This document shows positions 1-10,279 of a stretch of DNA of 64,000 bases, piece after piece. Positions within the stretch are counted from its first letter, which is position 1. Every line of letters starts with the position of its first letter. Below the pieces are notes generated by a model. That model was not told the origin of the DNA. It was given only the letters and a program-made list of their open reading frames with translations, and ran no database searches. Source of the DNA: an uncultured Leptospiraceae bacterium (GTDB lineage: Bacteria; Spirochaetota; UBA4802; UB4802); assembly GCA_964486725.1 (NCBI GenBank), contig CAZAOK010000002.1, positions 7,250 through 71,249 of the forward strand, given 5' to 3'. A program made the translations under genes and the position numbers.

Positions 1-1926
1 ATATGTATCAACATAGGGTTCAAATTCATCATACCTGCCATCAAAATTAGTATCTTCACCTGAATAAATCTCAAGGTAATCCCAGATAGTTTCTTTTGTA
101 TCAGGTATTGCATAGTAATCCTGGTTGCCGTTATTCATTGCCATATGCATACGTTTGATGAAATCCGTAAAACATTCTGTCCTGCCGACATTTAAATGAC
201 TGTTCTCTTCGGCTTCCAGCCATGTACGAAGACTTTCCAGGGTTTTCAGGTATTCCGGGTCCTTAACCCCGTCCATCTCCTCTGAATTAATCAGGATGTT
301 TAATCCATATGCCCCGCCGAATTTTCTGCCAATCTCTTTAAGGCTTGAAATTATATAATCTTTTTCCTTGAAATACCCTATAATTGATGTTTCAACGTTG
401 ATACGGGTCATACCAGCAATACTCACAATCATGAGCAATACCACGACGATAATAACTTTCATTGAATGCTTTAGTGATAGCCATGTTACAAACTGCACAA
501 TCATATCAACCAGGGTTTTCTTTACCCGTTTATCCTTTTTCAAAAGCAGCTTTGGCATTGTATGAGGCATGAGAACAAGCATGGCGGGTATTATGGTAGT
601 TGATATAAGAATTGTAAACAAGACCCCCACGGCAGAAAATATTCCCCACTCCTGTATGGCAGATACCTGGTTAGTGGCCAGTGTCATGAACCCGAAAAAA
701 GTAGTAACTCCGGCAAGCATTACCGTAACTGAAATGTGAGACATTGAAAGAAGAAGCCCCCTTTTCTTTCCCTGACTGGAAATATCATCAAAATCTATGT
801 AATACTGGTTTAATATGTGAATGGAGTAAGAACTCCCTACCGCAATCATGAGCGGGGGTATTGAAATCCCCATCACTGTCATCGGCACTCCCAGGTGCCC
901 CATCAGACCCATAACCCAGAGGTCAGCCATCACAAGGGTGACAAAGGGCAGTACTACACCCCTGAAAGATCTGAAATTAAAAAAGAATATCATTACTACA
1001 ACCAGTAAAACAAGGGGGAGATGAGTTTCAAGATCATGCTGCATATACTCATTTATCTGATGATTAATAATTGGAATTCCCTGAACAGTAATGTTGAGAG
1101 TATGATAGCTTTTAGTAAGATTCCATAATTCTTCTGTTATATCATCCTGGTCACGCACATTGATGAACCTGACAAGAAGGCAAAAATCAGTTATTTCTCC
1201 TGTTTCATTATCACGATAATACAGCCCCCTGTCAAAAGCGGGATTGCGGGTAAGATTTTCTTTAAAGGTTTCTATCTCTTCACGGGTTTTGGGTATCTGA
1301 CGGACACCATTTTCATCCAGGGGTATGAGGTTTATAGCCCGAAGTGTATCATCTTCTCCTACAATATCTTTCATAGTAAGAGGTGATATTATGGTATCAA
1401 CAAATTCTTTTTTCCGAAGCCGGTATGATTTCTGAAGCTCGTCAAAAATATCTTCCAGGTTACTTTGTGTGAGATGTACATCATCAATACCCAGCGTATT
1501 CATTTTCCTGAGAATTAAACGTAGATACGGCCTGTCATCATTATATATTTTGCGTAACTCATGCAAAGATATGGATTTTCTTGATGTCAGTGCTCTAAAG
1601 GATTTTAACCTCTTGTCTTCCTTTTCTTTGTTAAACTGGCTGTATTCATCGATATCGTTTATAAGTTGATTGATTTCTTCAAGGGTTTCAGAATTCCAAA
1701 GGTTACCAGGGCTCACCCCCATTATCATGAACTTGCCATTGTTGCCATATATTTCTTTAAGTTTCTGGTTCTCCAGGTATTCGCTGTCACGCTTTGGCAT
1801 CATGGCATCTACGGAGCTATCAAATCTGAGCTTGCCCAGACCCGTGCCAAGAATTACCGTCATGATCAAGAGTACTGCTATGAATAAAACAGGTTTTTTT
1901 AAAACAAGATCGATATATTTTGCCAT
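1..1926 (-). CDS. RND-superfamily exporter (MMPL family), 3' end truncated by the window edge
   Basis: A long minus-strand frame is open from the ATG at 1926 to the window start. It is missing from the ORF track because it has no stop within the window. Its N-terminus, MAKYIDLVLKKPVLFIAVLLIMTVILGTGLGKLRFDSS..., is a TM helix followed by a large soluble loop, which is typical of MMPL/RND exporters. It lies immediately downstream of a tetR gene. Confidence 0.55.
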   Translation of the reverse strand, partial: MAKYIDLVLKKPVLFIAVLLIMTVILGTGLGKLRFDSSVDAMMPKRDSEYLENQKLKEIYGNNGKFMIMGVSPGNLWNSETLEEINQLINDIDEYSQFNKEKEDKRLKSFRALTSRKSISLHELRKIYNDDRPYLRLILRKMNTLGIDDVHLTQSNLEDIFDELQKSYRLRKKEFVDTIISPLTMKDIVGEDDTLRAINLIPLDENGVRQIPKTREEIETFKENLTRNPAFDRGLYYRDNETGEITDFCLLVRFINVRDQDDITEELWNLTKSYHTLNITVQGIPIINHQINEYMQHDLETHLPLVLLVVVMIFFFNFRSFRGVVLPFVTLVMADLWVMGLMGHLGVPMTVMGISIPPLMIAVGSSYSIHILNQYYIDFDDISSQGKKRGLLLSMSHISVTVMLAGVTTFFGFMTLATNQVSAIQEWGIFSAVGVLFTILISTTIIPAMLVLMPHTMPKLLLKKDKRVKKTLVDMIVQFVTWLSLKHSMKVIIVVVLLMIVSIAGMTRINVETSIIGYFKEKDYIISSLKEIGRKFGGAYGLNILINSEEMDGVKDPEYLKTLESLRTWLEAEENSHLNVGRTECFTDFIKRMHMAMNNGNQDYYAIPDTKETIWDYLEIYSGEDTNFDGRYDEFEPYVDTY

Positions 1927-1941
1927 AGTTCTCCCCGCTAA

Positions 1942-2538
1942 CTACATCGCTTCATGACTTAAATAATTGTTTTGATTCTCTTCTACCAGCAGGCCTTCAA
2001 GCAGTATATTTTTAAACGTCATCAATGTTTCTTCCAGTGTCAGGTTTTGTTCCAGAATAAAGTCAGGATTCAATACTGTACTGGCAGCTCCCGTGATAAA
2101 ACTTGTCACAAGGGCAGGGTTAAACTTCTTAAACTTACCGCTTTTCATTCCATCGCGTATGGTTTGCTCTATTATACGCACCTGTGCCTTTCGAAAATCT
2201 ATCATTTTTTCATTTACATCGGGATAATATAACTTCAGATCCTGCAGCAACGGCATTGATACATCACCTATTGCGATAAACGCCTCATGAAAATATCGAT
2301 TTAATTTTTCATCAGGGCTCATCGATTCCTGGTATATCTGGTTAAATTTCTGTTTCATGTTGCTGATAATTCGATCCGCGATAAGTCTCACAAGAACATC
2401 CTTGCTGGAAAAATACTTGTAGAATGTTTTCTTGGATATACCGCATCTTTTTGACACCCTGTCGATAGTTATCCCACGAACACCAAACCGCATTATCAGT
2501 TCCCTGAAGGTCTTGATGATCTTTTCGCGAACTTCCAT
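1942..2538 (-). CDS. TetR/AcrR family transcriptional regulator
   Basis: The N-terminal HTH (FRELIMRFGVRGITIDRVSKRCGISKKTFYKYFSSKDVL) matches TetR_N. It is directly upstream of the MMPL exporter on the same strand. Confidence 0.8.
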   Translation of the reverse strand: MEVREKIIKTFRELIMRFGVRGITIDRVSKRCGISKKTFYKYFSSKDVLVRLIADRIISNMKQKFNQIYQESMSPDEKLNRYFHEAFIAIGDVSMPLLQDLKLYYPDVNEKMIDFRKAQVRIIEQTIRDGMKSGKFKKFNPALVTSFITGAASTVLNPDFILEQNLTLEETLMTFKNILLEGLLVEENQNNYLSHEAM

Positions 2539-2600
2539 TGCTTCATCCCGATTATATTATCATGATTCTTCTGGAATAAACAGTATTTCCCCTGAAGGAA

Positions 2601-2629
2601 ACCATGGAAACTATAATAGTTTCCATGGT
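2601..2629. promoter_or_regulatory. Perfect 29-bp palindrome (ACCATGGAAACTAT-a-ATAGTTTCCATGGT), candidate TetR operator overlapping a TATAAT
   Basis: The site is read directly from the divergent intergenic region between tetR (start 2538) and the lipoprotein gene (start 2706). It is a 14+1+14 perfect inverted repeat containing 'TATAAT'. Confidence 0.5.
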
Positions 2630-2705
2630 ATTTGTCAAATAAATTATCTAAAGCATTCCCATTTTATCATCGATTTAGTAAACAAATGCACAGGAGTACT
2701 CATAT

Positions 2706-3479
2706 ATGAAACTTGCTCTGTCGATACTTATGCTCGCATTAATTCTATCATGCGGCACAACCCCGGACGACACGGATATGTCATCGGCTGACATGTATTC
2801 TCATTTCATCATTTCGTTTTTTGATCGCTACATTGAAGACCTGGAAAGGGCTGAAACTGTTGTCAAGAAAAATGATATGATACAAAATTTATCACATCTT
2901 CAGCGCATGAATACAGGTGGTAAAAGGTATTACCTTCTTGAAAGAAAATCCCTCACTGCCCTTCTGCAGTCCATCACCATGGAACAATATCATGATATAA
3001 TCCTCACAGACAGGGGTGGACGGGTTCTGTATACCATGCATAATGACACATTGTTTAATACTGTTATTTCCCGCCAGGATAAAGAAACTCCATTATCTCG
3101 ATGTTACAAAAAAGCAATCAAGGGAAATATCTTCATTCACGAACCTGCACAATATTCGCGTTTATCTTCGAGCATTCTTATTTTTGTTTCATTCCCTGTG
3201 ACGATTGATAACGAACCAGCAGGTCTTCTTATCGCGGTAATTAAAAACGATCTTCTCGTAGCCGACAAACCACGTGATCTCCTGGTACTAAACTCTTCGG
3301 GGGACCTGGCAGTAACCGCACATCCGCAAAACCTGGGGAAAAACATTATCCCGGAAAATGCAATGCCCACAGGAATACATGAAAATAAAATCTTCAGCAT
3401 CTCTTATAATAAAAAGATTTACCACCTTACACCGGTAATATATAAAAACATAAACTGGCTGATCACCAGAAAACCTTAA
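2706..3479 (+). CDS. Lipoprotein with a Cache-like periplasmic sensor-type fold (hypothetical)
   Basis: Lipobox LILSCG follows the signal peptide. There is no TM or output domain. The domain assignment is by pattern only. Confidence 0.45.
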   Translation: MKLALSILMLALILSCGTTPDDTDMSSADMYSHFIISFFDRYIEDLERAETVVKKNDMIQNLSHLQRMNTGGKRYYLLERKSLTALLQSITMEQYHDIILTDRGGRVLYTMHNDTLFNTVISRQDKETPLSRCYKKAIKGNIFIHEPAQYSRLSSSILIFVSFPVTIDNEPAGLLIAVIKNDLLVADKPRDLLVLNSSGDLAVTAHPQNLGKNIIPENAMPTGIHENKIFSISYNKKIYHLTPVIYKNINWLITRKP

Positions 3480-4750
3480 ATGTTTTCCATGCAATAGGCG
3501 ATTATCTTTTCCTGGACAGGGCCCATCATATCTTCAGTTGAATCCAGGTTGCATTTGTTCTTCTCCAGCATAACCGCAATTCCTGTCAGCAATGAATCAT
3601 TCAGTAAACGAATATCAGCATCAATCATCCCCTTTAACAACCCCGCTGACAACATTGCAGCACGGGAGGGATATATTTTATAAGCACCTCGTAATCCCTT
3701 CTCTTCAACCACGTCAAAATCAATGTCATCATCATCTACCTGGTAATACATTATCTGGCCTGGCTGTATGCGATAAAAATCGTCTATTGTATAATGATTT
3801 TTTAACAGGATAATTACATCAGCATTACCAAACACATTTTCCGGGTTGGTAGCCATCCCTCCTTCATTTTCAAAGCTGAGCATCAATCTTTCATTATGAT
3901 CATATCCCAGCACTCTTCCATATCCTGCACCGGATAACAACCGTGTTAACCTGAGGCCGGCTGCATTTATTCCAATGATACCAAGTGTGGCGTTGTTATC
4001 ATCGCTGGTAATTTGCGTTAGGGCCCTTGAGATGGTAATAAACAGGTATAGTGGAACCTCGTCCAGTTCATGACGAAGCACCGGTGGCAGATTTTCGTCA
4101 TTAAGTTGTTGATAAATATCAAATGCCTGTGTGGAAATTATACCGGTAATCCGTAATGCGGCAAACCCTGGTGAAAACTGCCGGATGGTCTTCACAAAAT
4201 CCTCTATCTGTGCAAACCTGACCAGCAAAGGATATCCATTAAGGTTGGCAGACATGCCCATGAAAGCTGAATCTCTTTCAGAACTCAGATACATTATCAG
4301 CTCCTCTGTGGAATATTCTGCCTGGGTTGTATGAGAGCCGGTCACCATGCCAATGTTCGTTTCAATACTGAGGAGCTCTACATTCATTTCATGTGCAGAA
4401 ATTTTTTCAAGTGCTACCGTATAAGGAGCAAGAATCTTCAAATCATAATCATTACTATTCTGTATGTCACTCCTGGATCTCACAGAAATAAGGCCGCCTT
4501 TTAATTGCTCACCCAGCATATCCCGCAAATCCAGCAAAACAATTCCCTGTGCATCGAAACCCCATTCAACGAGATCCTTAAATGAATCCCGCCTTGAATA
4601 CATTATTTCACAATAATATACTCCACTGGAGTTTCCCTCTTCTTTCAATTCAATCACCCGAACCTCGCAATCGTGATTGTTTATAGTTTCAATCAGGTCC
4701 GGAAGTTTCTCAGGTTGACACTGTAGAGTCAATTCTGCTATTAATTTCAT
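3476..4750 (-). CDS. ACT-domain protein fused to a malic-enzyme-like NAD(P)-binding domain
   Basis: The N-terminal ~80 aa is ACT-like. The central GIIGINAAGLRLTRLL motif resembles the malic-enzyme Rossmann motif GAGAAGIAIAKLL. ADVIILLKNH aligns with malic-enzyme ADVFIG. Confidence 0.4.
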   Translation of the reverse strand: MKLIAELTLQCQPEKLPDLIETINNHDCEVRVIELKEEGNSSGVYYCEIMYSRRDSFKDLVEWGFDAQGIVLLDLRDMLGEQLKGGLISVRSRSDIQNSNDYDLKILAPYTVALEKISAHEMNVELLSIETNIGMVTGSHTTQAEYSTEELIMYLSSERDSAFMGMSANLNGYPLLVRFAQIEDFVKTIRQFSPGFAALRITGIISTQAFDIYQQLNDENLPPVLRHELDEVPLYLFITISRALTQITSDDNNATLGIIGINAAGLRLTRLLSGAGYGRVLGYDHNERLMLSFENEGGMATNPENVFGNADVIILLKNHYTIDDFYRIQPGQIMYYQVDDDDIDFDVVEEKGLRGAYKIYPSRAAMLSAGLLKGMIDADIRLLNDSLLTGIAVMLEKNKCNLDSTEDMMGPVQEKIIAYCMENI

Positions 4751-4840
4751 ACTACTACCTGCTCTCTAGTGATTTTACTATTACCTCTATCGGTATTAAA
4801 AACTAAAAACTGTATCCCATATACAGAATCATCCCTTATC

Positions 4841-4869
4841 TTGACTCTGATCATCCCTATTCGTATATT
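4841..4869 (+). promoter_or_regulatory. Sigma70-like promoter: TTGACT, 17-bp spacer, TATATT
   Basis: The -35 is at 4841-4846 and the -10 at 4864-4869. The RBS AAGGGGG lies 6 nt before the ATG at 4894. Confidence 0.5.
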
Positions 4870-4893
4870 TAAGAAAAACCAAAGGGGGTTGAT

Positions 4894-5205
4894 ATGAAAG
4901 CAGGATTATTGTTAACAGGAAATGGCGCCCTGATCTATCTAACCTCTCACGAAAGTTTCATGAATGAGCAATTGACAAGGAAATTCGAATCAAAAGGCAT
5001 TTCGAAATTCATTGCATACGAGATACCCGTCGAAGAGGCAAAGCAAAAATATGCGGGTCATTTTGATGTAGTTATTCAGGACCTTCACGAAAGCGATGAT
5101 CTGAGAATACTTGATTATGACGGGAACAGGGCTTTTAAAATGTATTCATTCAGTGAACTCGGAAATCCTTATCTGCATGAAAAAGTCACAAGCAGTGTTG
5201 TTTAA
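4894..5205 (+). CDS. Hypothetical small protein (103 aa)
   Basis: The ORF has a strong promoter and RBS. No recognisable family. Confidence 0.45.
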   Translation: MKAGLLLTGNGALIYLTSHESFMNEQLTRKFESKGISKFIAYEIPVEEAKQKYAGHFDVVIQDLHESDDLRILDYDGNRAFKMYSFSELGNPYLHEKVTSSVV

Positions 5206-5788
5206 GATCTTTTGTCAGAACAGCTGCTGCAGATTTTACTTTTTTCATGAGAGGAGATCCAGGGAGATTCAACAAAGGAGGTGCTGAATCTATAAGGACG
5301 TATTCATCCTCGTTATATATCAGCCCTGCCGTATTGAATAAGTGCCGTATAGTGATGACCGAAGGGACAAACATTTTCGAATATGAACCTGCACCAGCGG
5401 CAGTGAAAAAACCTTTTTGAAATATTGAACTTTTTTCTCCACGCAACTGACGTTCCCAGATAACCTGGCACCTGTCAATAAGCAGTTTGAGGGGTCCCGT
5501 GATGTTTGAAAAATACAGCGGAGATGCAATACAAACCAGGTTGGCCGTAATCAGTGAATCATATATATCAGTCATGCTATCGTTGTAAATACATCCGAAA
5601 TGATGCTTACAATATCCACACGCCACGCATGGATTAATGTTCTCATCATATACATAAAATTTTTTTATATATACCGGAAGTCCCAGTTGTTCCAGAATGC
5701 TGTTCTGAACAGATGCAGTCACTCCTTCTTTCCTGGGACTTCCATAAATAGCAAGTACCTGAGGATCAGTATTCTTTAAGCCGCGCAA
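5186..5788 (-). CDS. Iron-sulfur flavoprotein / NADPH-dependent FMN reductase family
   Basis: It has a flavodoxin-like N-terminus ([11 protein letters not shown]) and the compact Cys cluster CVACGYC typical of Isf-type proteins. Confidence 0.6.
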   Translation of the reverse strand: MRGLKNTDPQVLAIYGSPRKEGVTASVQNSILEQLGLPVYIKKFYVYDENINPCVACGYCKHHFGCIYNDSMTDIYDSLITANLVCIASPLYFSNITGPLKLLIDRCQVIWERQLRGEKSSIFQKGFFTAAGAGSYSKMFVPSVITIRHLFNTAGLIYNEDEYVLIDSAPPLLNLPGSPLMKKVKSAAAVLTKDLKQHCL

Positions 5789-6770
5789 AAATCATTCTCC
5801 CTGCAGTTGTCTGAAGAACAGAGGTAACCACTACATCAACTTCATGGTTCATTTTCGGCCTTCCGTTTTCTACCACCACCATGGTACCATCATCAAGATA
5901 CCCGATTGCCTGGTTTGGATCTTTTCCCTCTTTAATCAATGATACTGACATCTCTTCACCCGGCAGCACTATGGGCTTTAATGCGTTTGAAAGCTGGTTA
6001 ATATTCAGAACCTTCACGCCATGAAATTCAGCTACCTTATTCAGGTTGAAGTCATTTGTAATTACCTTTGCCTTCATTACCTTTGCCAGTTTCACCAGCT
6101 TGGCATCAACCTCTGGAATTTCAACGAAATCCATATCTGATATTTTAACCATGATTGACTGATCTTTTTGCATTTTATTCAAAATGTCCAGCCCACGCCG
6201 ACCTCTGTTCCTTTTAATTGAATCAGCAGAATCAGCGATCATCTGAAGCTCATTGAGAACGAAGTTCGGGATAACCAGTATACCTTCAATGAATCCTGTA
6301 TCACAAATATCAGCGATCCTGCCGTCAATAATAACGCTTGTATCCAGTATCTTGTATGAAATAACCGCTTCCCGACCTTCTTCAAGGGGAGTGGTTACCA
6401 GTTTGTCAAGGAAGGCTATTTCTTCATTGTTGATAACAAAGAACATCATCACTGCAAATCCCAGCAGGTGATACAATACCGCGTTAAAAACCAAAACTTT
6501 AGCGGGCGATATACCTAATGGCAACATTGTAATGGCAAGTGTCATTAAATGGGCAAGAACGAAACCGGTAATAAGGCCCAGAACTGCAGCAAGAATAACA
6601 CGGGCAGAAAACGTATGAGAAATGTATTCAACGACAATAATGAACAGCAAAGCAACTACAGCCGCAATTACCGCGGCAATGAGTGCTGCATTCATCGAAA
6701 CATTAATAAAATACAAACCACTGAAAAGTACAGAAATAAGAATAAATAACACTCTGAATACTGTAATCAT
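5766..6770 (-). CDS. PIN/TRAM-domain membrane protein (YacL-like)
   Basis: There are four N-terminal TM helices, then a PIN-like core ([15 protein letters not shown]...), then a C-terminal TRAM-like beta domain. Confidence 0.65.
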   Translation of the reverse strand: MITVFRVLFILISVLFSGLYFINVSMNAALIAAVIAAVVALLFIIVVEYISHTFSARVILAAVLGLITGFVLAHLMTLAITMLPLGISPAKVLVFNAVLYHLLGFAVMMFFVINNEEIAFLDKLVTTPLEEGREAVISYKILDTSVIIDGRIADICDTGFIEGILVIPNFVLNELQMIADSADSIKRNRGRRGLDILNKMQKDQSIMVKISDMDFVEIPEVDAKLVKLAKVMKAKVITNDFNLNKVAEFHGVKVLNINQLSNALKPIVLPGEEMSVSLIKEGKDPNQAIGYLDDGTMVVVENGRPKMNHEVDVVVTSVLQTTAGRMIFARLKEY

Positions 6771-6811
6771 ATCAATAATACCTCTTAAAAGATTTGTTCA
6801 TCCGGGAATAA

Positions 6812-6860
6812 CTTAAAAATCCCGAAAAAATGCATGTCCCAGGCTACAGCCTGCATGCAT
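6812..6860 (-). terminator. Rho-independent terminator downstream of carD
   Basis: On the minus strand the sequence reads ATGCATGCAGGCTGTAGCCTGGGACATGCAT followed by TTTTTTCGGGATTTTT. This is a nested GC stem plus a U-run. Confidence 0.55.
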
Positions 6861-6979
6861 AGAGCAACAGTACAATATAAGATAATGAAAAAATTAAGCC
6901 TTGTACAATTATGATGACTCAAAAATAAAAAAAACCGAATCATCATATGTACAGTTTTTAATGGGGAACGCAGGTTACA

Positions 6980-7462
6980 TCACACAGAGGAGAGTGCTTC
7001 TGATACTATATTTCCCGCCTCTTCTATGTTTACATCTTTTGAAAGGGCTATTTCATGAATAACAAGCTGGTACGCGTTTTCATAAAGCTTTCTTTCCATT
7101 ATGGAAAGTTCTTTTTCACGGCCTCTTCTGTAAAGATCCCTGGCTACTTCAGCGACTTCAAATATTGAACCACTTTTAACTTTATCAATGTTTCCCTGGT
7201 ACCGGAGTTTCCAGTCATCCTCAGTTTCTACGTCCAGTTTCTTTAACAAGTTCAACACCTTCAAGACCTCTTTCTTCGAAATAATCCTTCGAATCCCAAT
7301 CTCATCGGCTTTCTCCGTAGGAAGCATCACCTTCATGCCGCTGTTAATAATTGTTACAATATAATATTCTGTTCGTTTTCCCAAAACCACTTTCCGCTCT
7401 ATTGATTCAATAATGCCTACTCCATGCATGGGATACACAATTTTATCACCTACTTTATACAT
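6980..7462 (-). CDS. carD: CarD/CdnL family RNAP-binding transcription regulator
   Basis: [22 protein letters not shown]... is the CarD_CdnL_TRCF N-domain. The protein is 160 aa. Confidence 0.8.
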   Translation of the reverse strand: MYKVGDKIVYPMHGVGIIESIERKVVLGKRTEYYIVTIINSGMKVMLPTEKADEIGIRRIISKKEVLKVLNLLKKLDVETEDDWKLRYQGNIDKVKSGSIFEVAEVARDLYRRGREKELSIMERKLYENAYQLVIHEIALSKDVNIEEAGNIVSEALSSV

Positions 7463-7576
7463 TCCCTGCTCCTGCTGTGATAGAACGTTACCAGCAATCC
7501 CCTTTATATAAATATTGATTTAAGCTTAATTAATATATCACAGGACAACCAGATATCAAGAAATATTTTTCCATTA

Positions 7577-9946
7577 CTACTCTTCCAGCACCAGTCCTTC
7601 TTTTTCCATGTACCGTTCAAGTATGGACTTCATTTGCATATGTTCGCCACTACACTTGCATCGTGGTCCGCCACCCTTTACAAATAACTCTGAAACAACT
7701 TCCGTGCACTTTTCTGAAGGCTCACAACCACTGTACGCGCAAACTGCTCCGTGATATACCCCCGGAGGGGGTGGCCCGAATTTAGATTCATTCATTCCAT
7801 TGTATATCTCTTTCATATACCTTGCCCAAATGGGTGCTGCAACAGAGGCACCGGCCTGATGTTTCCCCAGTGACATAAATGGCTTATCATACCCCACCCA
7901 TACAACCGCCGCAATATCCGGTGTGTACCCACAGAACCACGCGTCTGTCCAGTTAGAAGTTGTACCGGTTTTTCCCGCGCAGTCCTGGTAGAAATTCGCC
8001 TCCCCGCGAATGGTACGGGTTGGGGTACCGCTGTTTACCACCCCTTCCATCAGGGATGTCATGACATATGCCACATCCTCAGGTATAACCTGAATACTAC
8101 CATCTTCTTCCTTGGCGGCAATCACATTACCCACTTCTTCCTCTATGTTGGCAAGTTCGTTTCCGTCCCGGTCAACCACGTATCGTATGGCAAAAGGAAT
8201 TACCTCCCTGCCCCTGTTCGCATACGTTGCGTATCCGGTTGCCATTTCAAAAGGGGTAACCTCTGTAGTCCCCAGTGCCAGTGATGGATTAGGATGAAAA
8301 CGTGTCTCAGGTACCTTGAGTACACGGGAAGCATACTCAATTATTCTGTCAGCACCTATAATATCAAATATACGCACTGAAATTATATTAATCGAAGCTG
8401 CCAGCGCTTTACTCACACGCACAAGCCCCATGTAGTCTCCCTCGTAATTATCCGGGCTCCAGCTGCCCCCTTCACCGTCTATATCCATTATTGGAGCATC
8501 AGGCAATGCCATACCCGCATTGATCATCCTGGATTCAATGCCGGCTCCATACACATAAGGCTTAAAGGCTGATCCGGGTTGGCGTCGCGCCTGAATTGCC
8601 CTGTTAAACTGATTATCGACACTAAATCCCGAACCACCCACAAGGGTGGTGATATACCCGCTCTGCGGTTCAATGGCGATAAGGGCACCTTCAACACTCA
8701 AGGTACTGGAGATACCACTGGTAATTTCACGAAATGTCTGTACATGCCGGTGAACTGAAGGAGCACCGCTGACAAGTGATAATACTTCAAGACTATCATT
8801 CAGATCATCAACCATGCGTTTTTTAAACCTGGTTTCAAGATCATTTTTTACAAGTACCGATGGCAGGCTGAAGATTGTACGCAAATGGCTGTACGCGGAG
8901 AATAGCCCCCGGTCAACAGCGTTGGAATAATACTGGTTTGCCTTTGCGGATACGTCATCCTGCTTTTCAATTCCAGTTTGAAGGTATTTTTGTCCGGCTC
9001 TTTGTCTTTTAAGGTTAAGCGTTGTATATACGCTCAGTCCCTGGTTATAGACCACGTCCCCTCCAAACCGTGACACAAGTACCTGGCGCACATAATCGGT
9101 AAAGTATGGAGCCTTGTCAACTTCCCGAGTGTAGGCTGTTTTCGTTGGATATTCTGTTTTTATCTTTTTCACATACTCAGGCCAGAAAGTTTTGTATATT
9201 TCATCAGCTCTTTCCTGTGTAAGGAAATCCATATTTACCATTCGGTTAAGAATATCCCGGTTCTTGTCATAGGCAGCATGTGTATCCATGAGGGGAGAAT
9301 ACGCCTCCGGTGCGGATGGCAGTGCTGCAAGCACCGCACTCTCTGCCACGTTCAGGGTCTTCACATCCTTGTCAAAGAACAATTTCGCGGCAGAAGATAT
9401 ACCGTAACAGCCGCGTCCAAGGTATATCTGGTTGAAATACATTTCCAGAATTTCCTGCTTGGTAAATTTCTTTTCAATCTGCAGCGCGAGCACCGCTTCA
9501 ACAGCCTTTCTTGTATAAGTTCGTTCACCTTCTGTGAACAGCCTCTTTGCCAGCTGCTGGGTTATCGTTGATCCTCCCTGCACAACCTTTCCCGCGGCAA
9601 TATTTTTCAGCATGGCACGAACAATAGCCATTGGATTTATACCAATATGGGAATAGAATGACTGGTCCTCGGTTGCGAGAAATGCATTTATGAGGGGCTG
9701 GGGGAGATCCTGGTATGCCACGAGATCTCTCTTTTGGTGAAAAAGCTCAGCTATCAATTCGCCATTGACATCATATATCTTTGTGGGAATACTTGGCTGA
9801 AATTTTTTCAGACTTTCTATACCTGAAAAATTACGAACTTCGGAAAGGACGTATCCAAATACCAGGCCTCCCACCAGGGATATAAGCATGATACTGACAA
9901 ATCCTGCCCGAAGTCTCATTTTATAATCATTAAATATTGGTTTCAT
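7577..9946 (-). CDS. mrcA: Penicillin-binding protein 1A (bifunctional transglycosylase/transpeptidase)
   Basis: It has the GT51 motifs (EDQSFYSHIGINPMAI, GGSTITQQL) and the transpeptidase SxxK/SxN/KTG motifs (KTGTTSN). Confidence 0.9.
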   Translation of the reverse strand: MKPIFNDYKMRLRAGFVSIMLISLVGGLVFGYVLSEVRNFSGIESLKKFQPSIPTKIYDVNGELIAELFHQKRDLVAYQDLPQPLINAFLATEDQSFYSHIGINPMAIVRAMLKNIAAGKVVQGGSTITQQLAKRLFTEGERTYTRKAVEAVLALQIEKKFTKQEILEMYFNQIYLGRGCYGISSAAKLFFDKDVKTLNVAESAVLAALPSAPEAYSPLMDTHAAYDKNRDILNRMVNMDFLTQERADEIYKTFWPEYVKKIKTEYPTKTAYTREVDKAPYFTDYVRQVLVSRFGGDVVYNQGLSVYTTLNLKRQRAGQKYLQTGIEKQDDVSAKANQYYSNAVDRGLFSAYSHLRTIFSLPSVLVKNDLETRFKKRMVDDLNDSLEVLSLVSGAPSVHRHVQTFREITSGISSTLSVEGALIAIEPQSGYITTLVGGSGFSVDNQFNRAIQARRQPGSAFKPYVYGAGIESRMINAGMALPDAPIMDIDGEGGSWSPDNYEGDYMGLVRVSKALAASINIISVRIFDIIGADRIIEYASRVLKVPETRFHPNPSLALGTTEVTPFEMATGYATYANRGREVIPFAIRYVVDRDGNELANIEEEVGNVIAAKEEDGSIQVIPEDVAYVMTSLMEGVVNSGTPTRTIRGEANFYQDCAGKTGTTSNWTDAWFCGYTPDIAAVVWVGYDKPFMSLGKHQAGASVAAPIWARYMKEIYNGMNESKFGPPPPGVYHGAVCAYSGCEPSEKCTEVVSELFVKGGGPRCKCSGEHMQMKSILERYMEKEGLVLEE

Positions 9947-10039
9947 TGTACGTCGCCTTTACGTTTCCCGGGTTAAACATATTTATACACCTCTTTGCAA
10001 CAGGTATATAAAATTATCAAGCAAATTCTTCCAACCGGG

Positions 10040-10243
10040 TTATCTCTTTCTTGCCATGTTCACAAGGTATGCAACCAGAAAGACTACGCAGAATGCAATT
10101 ACTATCCACATAATCATGTAAAAAGCCGCACCAAGCACAACCCCGACAAACTTTAAAACAAATGGAATCAGGTATCGAAAAAGAAGATATACCGCCGATA
10201 CAACACCCAGCAGATATATAACTATGCTCCATTCCTGCCGCAT
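10040..10243 (-). CDS. Small two-TM membrane protein (hypothetical)
   Basis: A 67-aa ORF with two hydrophobic helices sits between the cyclase and PBP1A genes on the same strand. Confidence 0.3.
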   Translation of the reverse strand: MRQEWSIVIYLLGVVSAVYLLFRYLIPFVLKFVGVVLGAAFYMIMWIVIAFCVVFLVAYLVNMARKR

Positions 10244-10279
10244 AAATCACCTCGCAGACTACAGCATTCTTACGTATGA

